The notes below the pieces were generated by a model, which was given only the letters and a program-made list of their open reading frames with translations, ran no database searches and had not been told where the DNA came from. Shown one piece after another: positions 36,224-44,675 of a DNA stretch of 64,000 bases. This DNA is from Burkholderiales bacterium. GTDB taxonomy: Bacteria > Pseudomonadota > Gammaproteobacteria > Burkholderiales > SG8-39. The position numbers and the translations under genes were made by a program. Numbering within the stretch: position 1 is the stretch's first letter; each line of letters opens with the position of its first letter. The DNA is taken from assembly GCA_035649175.1 (NCBI GenBank), contig DASRKB010000102.1, positions 4,300 through 68,299 of the forward strand, given 5' to 3'.

Positions 36224-37849
36224 CGCCTGCCCGCCCTGCGAATAGGTGCGCATCGTGGACTTCACCAGCCGCTTCGCGGCCTCAGCGTACCAGAAGGTTG
36301 CACGGCGTTGCACGAAGTCGCTGGGGCGGGTCGGGCTACCGACAGTGAAGTTGATCTCGACCTTCACCGCATCGAAAGTCCCAGCAGGCGTCGTAACGTT
36401 TTCCTGGCCGACAACGCGCGCGGTGTACGCACACGTCGGCTGGCGGAAACAGAAATAGTCGTTGCGCACATGGATGTCGTCCCACTGGGCAGCCGGCCCT
36501 ACCGCGTCGAGGATGTGCAAATAGGGCGAAAACATCCACACGTCCTGGAGGATGTTCAGGTCGGCCCCGGCGCCGTACGCGCGCTGAACCGAGCCGAAGA
36601 GGTTGTCCTCGTCGAGGATGCCGTCCTTCGAGACACCGACCACGTGCACGTCGACGGTACGGCTTTCGCGCGTAAGTATGTCCTTGTACGCGTATTGCCA
36701 GCGGTCGCCGGCCTTGGGAAAGCGCGGGTCGAGCACTTCGGCGGCGACCGGCGTAGGCGCTACGGAAGCCATCTGGGTCGATTGCTGCAGCGGATCGTTT
36801 CGATCCCCGAGCGGATCGCCGGAGGGTGCCGGCAGCTCGGGGGCCGGTGCCGCGGCCACAGGCAACGCGCCGGGCGGCTTGGCGCCTAGCGCTTCGGCGC
36901 GCCGGCGCATCTCTTCCTCCAGCTCGGCGCGCTGCTTGGCCAGCATTTCGCGGATCGTCTCCTGCATCTTGCGCTGCTCGGCGGCGAGCTTCTGCTGCTC
37001 GAGGCGCACCGCGTCGGCTACCGCCCTCTGCACCGCCGCCTGCTGCACCGCTTGGGCGCTACCAGGATCCGGGGCGACGAAGAAGAAGTCGCCTCGGAGC
37101 GAGCTGGATTCCCACGGAATCTGGCGCTCGCGCGTCTCCCGGCCCACGCCGATGCGCACGTCCTTGAAAAGCTGCTCGATGGGCAGGCCGGGACGCCCCA
37201 TGTTGGCGAGCAGGTGCTTGGTGTAGATGCCGTTGTCGCCGTCGCCGTCGGCGGCCACGGAACCCGGGGCGGTGGCGAAGGCAACCAGTGTCCCCGAGGG
37301 CGCGTCCATCTGCGCCAGACCCTGCTGCGCGGAGCGGAAGCTGCGCGCGAAGGGGTTGTTGCGGCAGGCGTCCAGGATGACGAGGTTGAGCGAGTTCTTG
37401 ACGCTGTCGAGCTTGGCGAGCACGGTGTTCGCGTCGACCGACTCGTCCTCGACCTCGTTCTCGCGCTGGATGTCCGCTCCTACCGGGATGAGGTAGTTAC
37501 GCCCACGGATCTGCATGCCGTGGCCGGCGAAGTAAAAAAGCGCCACGCCCCCTTCGGCCAGCTCGTCGCCCCACTCGCGGATCGCCGCGCGCATGGTCGA
37601 GCGCTTGGCGTTCTCCAGCAGGCGCACGCGGAAGCCGGTTTGCTCGAGCGCCTGCGCCATCGCGCGCGCGTCGTTCACCGGGTTGCGCAGCGGCGCGTCG
37701 CTGTAGGCGCCGTTACCAATCACCAGCGCCGTGCGCCTCTCACCGTCGGGCGCGTTCTTCGGCTCGATGCGCAGCGAGCGCTCCTGCGCAACCGCCGCCG
37801 CGCACCAGAGCACCAGGAGCATGCCCCACCCCAGCAACCGCGATCGCAT
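36182..37849 (-). CDS. Secreted caspase-like cysteine protease (peptidase C14) with coiled-coil and unassigned C-terminal domain
   Basis: 555 aa. Signal peptide MRSRLLGWGMLLVLWCAAAVAQE. ALVIGNGAYS, FYFAGHGMQ (His110, codon 37522..37520), LVILDACRNNP (Cys162, codon 37366..37364). Residues about 255-320 are Q/A/E/R-rich coiled coil. Confidence 0.88.
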   Translation of the reverse strand: MRSRLLGWGMLLVLWCAAAVAQERSLRIEPKNAPDGERRTALVIGNGAYSDAPLRNPVNDARAMAQALEQTGFRVRLLENAKRSTMRAAIREWGDELAEGGVALFYFAGHGMQIRGRNYLIPVGADIQRENEVEDESVDANTVLAKLDSVKNSLNLVILDACRNNPFARSFRSAQQGLAQMDAPSGTLVAFATAPGSVAADGDGDNGIYTKHLLANMGRPGLPIEQLFKDVRIGVGRETRERQIPWESSSLRGDFFFVAPDPGSAQAVQQAAVQRAVADAVRLEQQKLAAEQRKMQETIREMLAKQRAELEEEMRRRAEALGAKPPGALPVAAAPAPELPAPSGDPLGDRNDPLQQSTQMASVAPTPVAAEVLDPRFPKAGDRWQYAYKDILTRESRTVDVHVVGVSKDGILDEDNLFGSVQRAYGAGADLNILQDVWMFSPYLHILDAVGPAAQWDDIHVRNDYFCFRQPTCAYTARVVGQENVTTPAGTFDAVKVEINFTVGSPTRPSDFVQRRATFWYAEAAKRLVKSTMRTYSQGGQAPDYDLELVSYKLN

Positions 37850-37858
37850 TCTGTCGAA

Positions 37859-37879
37859 AGTTTACCCGCCTTTTAGAAT
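37859..37879. promoter_or_regulatory. Back-to-back -10-like hexamers in the 37-nt caspase/GGT divergent region
   Basis: + strand: TAGAAT (37874..37879), 7 nt before ATG 37887. - strand: TAAACT (rc of 37859..37864), 9 nt before ATG 37849. No SD on either side. Confidence 0.3.
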
Positions 37880-37886
37880 AGCGACG

Positions 37887-39473
37887 ATGATCCCTTTCTC
37901 CTTCGCGAATCCTTACCCCTGGCCGCGCAAGCCGCTGCTCGCGCCGAACGTCGTGTCCACCTCGCAGCCGCTCGCCGCGCAAGCCGGACTGCAGATGCTC
38001 GCGGCGGGCGGCACCGCGGTCGACGCGATCCTCGCGACCGCCATCACGCTGACGCTGGTCGAGCCGGTGTCGAACGGCATCGGCTCGGATGCCTACGCGA
38101 TCGTATGGGACGGGACGCGCCTGCATGGTCTGAACGCATCTGGCCGCTCGCCCGCGCTCTGGACGCCTGACTACTTCGCCGGCCAGAAAGCCATGCCCAT
38201 GCGAGGGTGGAATACGGTTAGCGTGCCGGGCTGCGTCTCGGCGTGGGTCGAGCTCCATGCCCGCTTCGGCAAGCTGCCGTTCGAGCGCCTTTTCGAGGCC
38301 GCAATCGGCTATGGGCGCGAAGGCTTTCTCGTCTCGCCGACCATCGCCGGGCAGTGGGCCGCGCAGGTGTCGGAACTCAAGTCGCAGCCGGGCTTCGCCG
38401 ATGCCTTTATGCCGGAGGGACGCGCGCCCAAACCGGGGGAACGCTTCCGCTTCCCGGCGCATGCTGCGGCGCTGCAGACGATCTGCGAGTCGAAAGGAAA
38501 GGCCTTCTACGCAGGCGAGCTCGCCGAGCGCCTCGAGGCGGCGGCGAAGCGCGACGGCGGTGCGCTGCGCGCCTCCGACATGGCGACGCACCGCGCCGAC
38601 TGGGTCCAACCGCTCGAAATCGCCTACCGCGGCTACACGCTGCACGAGCTTCCGCCGAATGGCCAGGGCATTGTGGCGCTGATGGCGCTCGGGATGCTGG
38701 AGCGCTTCGACCTGCGCTCGCATCCGGTGGATGGCCCGGACAGCCTGCACCTGCAGATCGAGGCGATGAAGCTCGCCTTCGCCGACGCGCGACGCTGGGT
38801 CGCCGACCTCGATTACATGAAGGAGGTCACGCCGCAGTCGCTTCTCGATCCCTCGTACCTCCGGGAAAGATCCAAGCTCATCGACCTCGAGCGGGCGCAG
38901 GACTTCGGCCACGGCACGCCACCGCGGAGCGGCACGGTCTACCTCGCCGCAGCGGACGCCTCCGGCATGATGGTCTCCTTCATCCAGTCGAACTTCATGG
39001 GCTTCGGCTCGGGCGTGGTGGTCGACGGTATTTCGCTGCAGAACCGCGGCGGCACCTTTGTCCTGACCGAGGGGCATCCCAACCGGGTTGGGCCGAGGAA
39101 GCGGCCGTACCAGACGATCATCCCTGCCTTCGTCACGAAGGACGGGAAGCCCGTCATGAGCTTCGGGGTGATGGGCGGCACGATGCAGCCCCAGGGCCAC
39201 GCGCAGGTCATGGTGCGCATCGCCGATTACGGTCAGAGCCCGCAAGCGGCGTGCGACGGGCCCCGCTTCCGCATCGTGCAGGGCATGGAGGTGAGCGTCG
39301 AGACGGCGATGCCCCCGGCGACGGTCGAGGCGCTGCGCAGCCGAGGGCACAGGATCGTCTCGATGCCCGACGACTACAACCAGTTCGGCTGCGCCCAGCT
39401 CATCTGGAAGCTCGACGGCGGCTATTACGCGGCCAGTGACCCGAGAAGGGACGGGCAGGCCGTGGGGTTCTGA
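37887..39473 (+). CDS. Gamma-glutamyltransferase family protein (no signal peptide)
   Basis: Trimmed to ATG 37887. VSTSQPLAAQAGLQMLAAGGTAVDA..., autoprocessing region SGTVYLAAAD (Thr nucleophile), C-terminal GVMGGTMQPQGH. Confidence 0.9.
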   Translation: MIPFSFANPYPWPRKPLLAPNVVSTSQPLAAQAGLQMLAAGGTAVDAILATAITLTLVEPVSNGIGSDAYAIVWDGTRLHGLNASGRSPALWTPDYFAGQKAMPMRGWNTVSVPGCVSAWVELHARFGKLPFERLFEAAIGYGREGFLVSPTIAGQWAAQVSELKSQPGFADAFMPEGRAPKPGERFRFPAHAAALQTICESKGKAFYAGELAERLEAAAKRDGGALRASDMATHRADWVQPLEIAYRGYTLHELPPNGQGIVALMALGMLERFDLRSHPVDGPDSLHLQIEAMKLAFADARRWVADLDYMKEVTPQSLLDPSYLRERSKLIDLERAQDFGHGTPPRSGTVYLAAADASGMMVSFIQSNFMGFGSGVVVDGISLQNRGGTFVLTEGHPNRVGPRKRPYQTIIPAFVTKDGKPVMSFGVMGGTMQPQGHAQVMVRIADYGQSPQAACDGPRFRIVQGMEVSVETAMPPATVEALRSRGHRIVSMPDDYNQFGCAQLIWKLDGGYYAASDPRRDGQAVGF

Positions 39474-39475
39474 GA

Positions 39476-40096
39476 GTGCTGAAGATCTGGGGCCGCACGA
39501 ACTCGGTGAACGTGAAGAAGGCGTTGTGGGCGGCGGCGGAGCTCGGCCTCGAGTACGAGCGCGTCGACGCCGGCATGCAGTTCGGCGTGACGAGGACCCC
39601 GGAGTACATCAGCATGAACCCGAACTCGCTCGTGCCGACGATCGAGGACGACGGCTTCGTCCTCTGGGAGTCGCACTCGATCGTGCGCTACCTCGCGGCG
39701 AAGCACGGCGCCGGGACGCTGTGGCCCACCGACCTGCGCCAGCGCGCCGACGCCGAGCGCTGGATGGACTGGGCCTTCACGCTGCAGGGGGCGATGCGCG
39801 ACGTTTTCTGGGGCCTCATCCGCACGCCGCCGGAGAAGCGCGACGGGAAAGCGATCGAGGCCGGGGCGAGACGCAGCAGGGAGCTGCTGCAGGCCGTGCT
39901 CGAGAAGAATCTGGAAAAGCGGCCCTACGTGACAGGCGGGTCGTTCACCATGGGGGACATTCCCGTCGGATGCGAGGTGCAGCGCTGGATGCGAGTGCCG
40001 ATCGAGCGCCCGCGGCTGCCGGCGGTGGAGGCGTGGTTCGAGCGTCTACGCGCCCGGCCGGCGTTTCTCGAGCTCGTCGACGTCCCGCTGACCTAG
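39476..40096 (+). CDS. Glutathione S-transferase
   Basis: 206 aa, GTG start 2 nt after the GGT stop. NPNSLVPTIEDDGFVLWESHSIVRYL motif. Confidence 0.88.
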   Translation: MLKIWGRTNSVNVKKALWAAAELGLEYERVDAGMQFGVTRTPEYISMNPNSLVPTIEDDGFVLWESHSIVRYLAAKHGAGTLWPTDLRQRADAERWMDWAFTLQGAMRDVFWGLIRTPPEKRDGKAIEAGARRSRELLQAVLEKNLEKRPYVTGGSFTMGDIPVGCEVQRWMRVPIERPRLPAVEAWFERLRARPAFLELVDVPLT

Positions 40097-41074
40097 CGCG
40101 AGGCTGCGCCCCGCCTTGTCCATGGCGGCGAGCGCGCGAACCTTCTCGTAGAAGCGGCCGAGGTCGCCCTGCTCCGCCGCGAGCAAGCGCTCGAAGGCGG
40201 GCACCAGGTCGCTATAGAGCGCGATGGAAACGAGGAATGCGTTGTTCGGCTCGGCCGGGATGATCGCACCGTACTCCGCACGCAGGCGGTCGAACTCCTC
40301 GCGCTTCGCCTGGACCAGCACCTCACGGGTAAGGCCGGCCGCGTAGACCTCGGCGAGCCGGTCACGGGCCTCCTTCACGCGCGCGGCGAAACGTTGCTTT
40401 CTCGCCTGTGCGGCGCGGAAGGACTCGAGCTCCGCGGCGCGCCCCTCGGCTTCGAGCCAGCGCTTCACGCCGGCCTCCTCGACGACCACCGCGAAGGACT
40501 CGTTGAACGTGGTGTCGTTCTTCGCGTAGGCGATCTGGTGTGCGAGCTCATGAAACACGAGCCGCGCGAGCTGCGTGTCAGGGTAGCCGATGAAGGTCGA
40601 GAGCAGCGGGTCGTTGAACCAGCCGAGCGTCGAGTACGCGGGCACGCCGCCCACGTGCACGTCGTAGCCCTGGCTGCGCAGCCTCTCCGCGTGGCGCCGC
40701 GCGTCCTTCTCGTCGTAGAACCCGCGGTAGGCGACGCAGCCCGTGAACGGGAAGCATTCCTGCCTCGCCTCGACGGAGAACTCGGCCGCGGCGAAGACAT
40801 TCCACACCACGTAGGGGCGATCGAGGTGAGCGTAGCTGTTGTAGCTCCCGTTGTCTGGGAGGGCGAGGTTGCGCGAAGCGAACGCGCGGATGCGCTGCGC
40901 GAGCTCGAGGCGGCCGCGCAGGTCCGCCGGCGTACGCGGATCGGCCAGCCATTCGTCGAGGGGCCGCGCCGCGTTCACGACCTTGAGATGGCCGCCGATC
41001 GCCTGCGAGTAGTACGAGAACGTCTCGCAGCCGGCGAGCAGCGTCGCGAGCGCGAGCATGAGCAGCCGCTTCAA
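40046..41074 (-). CDS. Predicted aminopeptidase lipoprotein (zinc HExxH type)
   Basis: 342 aa, TTG start. Lipobox LLAGC. FHELAHQ metal motif. The 3' end overlaps the GST 3' end by 51 nt (convergent). Confidence 0.72.
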   Translation of the reverse strand: MKRLLMLALATLLAGCETFSYYSQAIGGHLKVVNAARPLDEWLADPRTPADLRGRLELAQRIRAFASRNLALPDNGSYNSYAHLDRPYVVWNVFAAAEFSVEARQECFPFTGCVAYRGFYDEKDARRHAERLRSQGYDVHVGGVPAYSTLGWFNDPLLSTFIGYPDTQLARLVFHELAHQIAYAKNDTTFNESFAVVVEEAGVKRWLEAEGRAAELESFRAAQARKQRFAARVKEARDRLAEVYAAGLTREVLVQAKREEFDRLRAEYGAIIPAEPNNAFLVSIALYSDLVPAFERLLAAEQGDLGRFYEKVRALAAMDKAGRSLALGQRDVDELEKRRPGA

Positions 41075-41685
41075 TCGAACCTTCCTTGCTCGAAAAACCG
41101 CGTCGCGAGACGAGCGACCCGCGAGGATAGAACCAGCATGCTGTGGCCCTCGGGCACCAGCACGCGCTGCGTCATCCCCTGCACCTCGGTCTCTGCGACG
41201 CGCACCACGCCGTCATTTTCCCCCGGCAGCGCCCCGAGCGCGCGCCCAAGGCCGAAAGGCAGCGTCCCCGCGATGATTCCAAGCGGCTCCGGCCGCGGCC
41301 AGCGCGCCTCGCACTCCGACCAGCGCGCGCACGAGGCCCCGAGCATCCAGCGTCCCAACGCGTGCCGGCCGAGCCGGCGCCCGGCAAGGCAGCCGCGCAC
41401 CGGCGCACCAAGAAAGACCACCGAGGCCGCGCGCAGTTCACGATGACGGCACAGCGCTTCCAGAATGAGCACGCCCCCGAGGCTGTGCCCGACGAAGTGG
41501 GCGCTGCGCCCGCCCAGCCGCTCGCGCACGAACGCCGCAAGCGAAGCGACGTTCGCCTCCAGCGCGTCCCTTCCCCGGTAGACGAACACCACCGGTGCCC
41601 AACCCGCCCTCGCGAGGCGGCCACGCAGCACGGCCATGGCGACGCTGGGCATCCACAGCCCCGGCACCAGGACCACGTCGCGCAT
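41071..41685 (-). CDS. Alpha/beta hydrolase (lipase-like)
   Basis: 204 aa. VVLVPGLWMP, nucleophile elbow GHSLGG, DGVV, EGHSML. Confidence 0.75.
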   Translation of the reverse strand: MRDVVLVPGLWMPSVAMAVLRGRLARAGWAPVVFVYRGRDALEANVASLAAFVRERLGGRSAHFVGHSLGGVLILEALCRHRELRAASVVFLGAPVRGCLAGRRLGRHALGRWMLGASCARWSECEARWPRPEPLGIIAGTLPFGLGRALGALPGENDGVVRVAETEVQGMTQRVLVPEGHSMLVLSSRVARLATRFFEQGRFD

Positions 41686-42098
41686 CAGCCGCCCTGCGAC
41701 GCCCGCGCGAATATGGCGCTCGCCCGCACGATGCGCCTGCCGGCGGCGAGAAGATAGCAGTTCGCGAAGGCGAGCCGCCCGCCGGCGTGCTGGATCTCGA
41801 CGGCCGACTCGATCCAGTCTCCGACCCGGGCGGGACTGGCGTAGTCGACGGCGAGGTGCACCGTGAAGAAGTTGCCGGAAAGCTTCTCGCTCTCAGCGAG
41901 CAGCGCATAGCCGAGCGCGAGATCGGCCAGGGTCGCGAGCAGCCCCCCGTGGCACACGCCCCGCGAGTTGGTGTGCTTCTCCTCCACGCGCAGCCCGATC
42001 GAGACGCCGGTCGCGTCGCGACGCTGGTAGAGCGGGCCCACCAGCGCGTTGAACGGGCTCAGGCCCTTCATGGCGCGGAAGCCCTCCGGAGCGTTCAC
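41685..42098 (-). CDS. PaaI-family thioesterase
   Basis: Hotdog motif SRGVCHGGLLATLADLALG. Start taken as GTG 42098 (GTGA overlap with the lyase stop, GGAGAGGAAG upstream). Alternative start ATG 42071. Confidence 0.8.
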   Translation of the reverse strand: MNAPEGFRAMKGLSPFNALVGPLYQRRDATGVSIGLRVEEKHTNSRGVCHGGLLATLADLALGYALLAESEKLSGNFFTVHLAVDYASPARVGDWIESAVEIQHAGGRLAFANCYLLAAGRRIVRASAIFARASQGG

Positions 42099-42973
42099 TT
42101 CCTCTCCACGAGGTCGAGCATCGCCTGCGCGCGGTAAGCCACCGGGTAGTCGACCATCAGGCCGTCGACCTGCACCGCTGCCTCGCCTCGCGCCTCGGCC
42201 TCGCGGAACGCGGCCACGATGCGCCGTGCCCGCGCCAGCTCCTCGTCGCTCGGAAGATAAGCGGCGTTCACCGGGGCAATCTGGTCCGGATGCACGCACA
42301 GCCGGCCTTGGAACCCGGTGCGGCGGCTGCGTTCCAGCGCGCGCCGGAAGGCCTCCACCTCCTTGAAGTGAAACCAGGGGCTGTCAATCGGATTCTCCAT
42401 CCCCGCGGCCCGCGAGGCGAGAACCACGCGCTCGCGGGCGCCGGCGAGCTCGGGCTCATCGAGCGTGGGCGAGAGCCCTAGGTCGTTGGAGTAGTCGGCC
42501 GCGCCGAACGCGACCCGCTTGACGCGCCAGGGACCGCGATAGGGGCGCAGGCTGCGCGCCTGCAGGACGCGGTCGATGCGCTGCAGTCCGGCCGCAGTCT
42601 CGATGATGGGCATGAGATCGAGCGACCCTTCGTCGATGCCGCGCTCGCGCTCAAGCGCCGCAAGTAGCCAGTCGATGGCGTGCAGGTCGGCCGCGCTCTC
42701 GACCTTGGGCAGAAGCACGCCCGCGATGCCGGGCCGCACGGTCTCGAGGAGGTCGCCGTAGCAGAACGGTGTTGCCGGCGCGTTCACGCGCACATACACC
42801 CGAGCGCGGCCCTTCCGGCCGAGCGCCGCCGCGACGTCCTTGCGCGCGGACACCTTGTCGGAAAGCGCAACCGAGTCCTCGAGGTCGAGGATCACCGCGT
42901 CGGCATCCAGGGTGAAGGCCTTTTCCACCCGGCGCGCCACGTTTCCCGGCGCAAAGAGGAAGGATCGGTTCAA
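42095..42973 (-). CDS. HpcH/HpaI aldolase / citrate lyase beta-subunit-like (CitE family) acyl-CoA lyase
   Basis: ORF 42095..43495 trimmed to TTG 42973 (AGGAGG 6 nt upstream). NRSFLFAPGN...DAVILDLEDSV...LLPKVESA...MPIIETA motifs. Confidence 0.85.
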   Translation of the reverse strand: MNRSFLFAPGNVARRVEKAFTLDADAVILDLEDSVALSDKVSARKDVAAALGRKGRARVYVRVNAPATPFCYGDLLETVRPGIAGVLLPKVESAADLHAIDWLLAALERERGIDEGSLDLMPIIETAAGLQRIDRVLQARSLRPYRGPWRVKRVAFGAADYSNDLGLSPTLDEPELAGARERVVLASRAAGMENPIDSPWFHFKEVEAFRRALERSRRTGFQGRLCVHPDQIAPVNAAYLPSDEELARARRIVAAFREAEARGEAAVQVDGLMVDYPVAYRAQAMLDLVERK

Positions 42974-42983
42974 ATGCAGCCTC

Positions 42984-44159
42984 CTATTCGATGTATTTGC
43001 GCTCTTCCCAGGCGGGATAGGGCTGCGACGCGGCCTCGCGAAGCGCGGGCGGCCAGACCACGGTCGGACGGCCGAACAGGATCTGCGAGACGGCGGCCTT
43101 GAGCGCCACCTGCTCCCCGGTTTTCGGATCGACCTTGTAGGCGCCGACCACCGTGTCGACCTCGAGGCTCGCGAGCGCTTCGCGAAGCTTCTCCTGCTCG
43201 AGCGTCCCCGCGCGGCGCACTGCTGCACCGAGGATCGTCCCTGCGGCGTAGCCGCGGGCGGCAGCATCGTCCGGCCGCTTGCCCCAGCGGGTAGCGAACG
43301 ACTGTGCGAAGGCCTCGTTCCCCGGAGTCGCGAGCCACGGCTCGTACTCGAGCGCGCCAAGGCTGAACTCGGCGTACTGTCCCAGAGCTTCGACAAAGGG
43401 CGGCTCGTCGGAAGCGCTCGAGAAGAAGAGCTTCGGGGCGTAGCCCGTCGACTTGAATGTCCGCACCATCCCGATCGCCTCGCGTGCCTCGCCAAAGGCG
43501 ATCCACGCCTCCGCCCCCTCGGCGCGGGCCGCCGCGATCTGCTGCGCGAAGTCGACCGTGCCGGGGGCGTAGGCGCGAACCGGCGGCTTGCCGAAGCCCT
43601 GCGCGCTCGCGAGCTCGGCGGCCGCCTCCGCCATGTCGAGTGAACGGGGATCGTCGCGTGCGAGGAGAAACAGCCGCTCGAGCCGCTGGGCTTTGACCAG
43701 GTCGAGCACGCCCGCCCCGTAGGCGGCGTACGGTACGCCGGCCTGAAAGAGATACCGGGGCGCGCGCTGGTGCACGGTTCGCGCCGGGCCCGCCCCGTTG
43801 AGCATCACGCGCCCCGCCCGCTCCGCGACCGCAGCCCCCATGAGCGTCGCCGCCGAGCCATAGGGTCCGACCAGCAGGTCGACCTTCTCCTCAACCAGCA
43901 TCTCGTACTCTCGCCCAGCGCGAATTGCCTGCGAGCCGTCGTCGCGCAGCCGCAGCTCGACCGGTCGGCCGAGCAGCCCGCCTGCCGCATTGACCTCGGC
44001 CTCCCAGAGCATCAGCCCTTGGCGGTAGCCTTCAGCGAGCCGGGCATGGGAGCCGCTCTGCGATACCACCGCGCCCACGGTGATCGGCTGAGCGAGGGCC
44101 GCGCCACTCGTAAGGGCGGCCGCGACGAGCGCCGCCCTAGTACTGATCCACTTTGTCAT
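42984..44159 (-). CDS. ABC transporter substrate-binding protein (type I PBP, Leu/Ile/Val-binding-like), orphan
   Basis: 391 aa. Signal peptide MTKWISTRAALVAAALTSGAALAQP. ITVGAVVSQSG...GGLLGRPVEL. Confidence 0.85.
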   Translation of the reverse strand: MTKWISTRAALVAAALTSGAALAQPITVGAVVSQSGSHARLAEGYRQGLMLWEAEVNAAGGLLGRPVELRLRDDGSQAIRAGREYEMLVEEKVDLLVGPYGSAATLMGAAVAERAGRVMLNGAGPARTVHQRAPRYLFQAGVPYAAYGAGVLDLVKAQRLERLFLLARDDPRSLDMAEAAAELASAQGFGKPPVRAYAPGTVDFAQQIAAARAEGAEAWIAFGEAREAIGMVRTFKSTGYAPKLFFSSASDEPPFVEALGQYAEFSLGALEYEPWLATPGNEAFAQSFATRWGKRPDDAAARGYAAGTILGAAVRRAGTLEQEKLREALASLEVDTVVGAYKVDPKTGEQVALKAAVSQILFGRPTVVWPPALREAASQPYPAWEERKYIE

Positions 44160-44658
44160 CGACCGCGTGGCCGCGCATCGGGATCAGCATCGAGCGCTCA
44201 AAGGTCATGAATACCGTGCCGTCGGCCTTCTTGCCGGTGGTGCGTACCGTCACGATGCCGTGGTGCTTGCGCGAGTTGGATTCGCGCTTGGCGATCACCT
44301 CCGACTCGGCGTAGATCGTGTCGCCGGCGAACACCGGCGCGGTGAGGCGGATCTTGTCCCACCCGAGGTTGGCGACCGTCTTCTGGCTCACGTCGGAGAC
44401 GCTCATGCCGGTGACGATGGAAAGGGTCAGCGCGGAATTCATGAGAGGGCGCTTGAACTCGGTGCCCGCGGCGTACACCGCGTCGAAGTGCAGCGGATGC
44501 TGGTTCATGGTAAGGAGCGTGAACCAGGTGTTGTCCGTCTCGGTAAGGGTGCGTCCGGGCCGGTGCTCATACACCTCGCCGAGCTCGAAGTCCTCGTAAT
44601 GCCGGCCCGCCGACTCGCGGTAACGCCGCGGGCCCACTTCCTTTGCTCTTACGACCAT
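44137..44658 (-). CDS. MaoC-family dehydratase (single hotdog)
   Basis: 173 aa. DNTWFTLLTMNQHPLHFD, and the hydratase 2-like motif. Confidence 0.88.
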   Translation of the reverse strand: MVVRAKEVGPRRYRESAGRHYEDFELGEVYEHRPGRTLTETDNTWFTLLTMNQHPLHFDAVYAAGTEFKRPLMNSALTLSIVTGMSVSDVSQKTVANLGWDKIRLTAPVFAGDTIYAESEVIAKRESNSRKHHGIVTVRTTGKKADGTVFMTFERSMLIPMRGHAVDDKVDQY

Positions 44659-44662
44659 GTGT

Positions 44663-44668
44663 GAGAAT
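44663..44668 (+). promoter_or_regulatory. Extended -10-like element TGTGAGAAT, 7 nt upstream of GTG 44676
   Basis: Lies just outside the divergent MaoC start (44658). No SD precedes any candidate start of the FAD-oxidase gene. Confidence 0.25.
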
Positions 44669-44675
44669 CCGTTCC

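Noticed and set aside
32968-37849. Considered whether caspase-like protease plus nucleotide cyclase is an anti-phage system (Pycsar/CBASS-like or protease-activated effector).
   Set aside because: The protease has a signal peptide. The cyclase is gated by an extracytoplasmic CHASE2 domain. No effector (TIR, nuclease, pore-former, gasdermin-like) or phage-associated gene is adjacent. An envelope signalling role fits better, though defence cannot be formally excluded.
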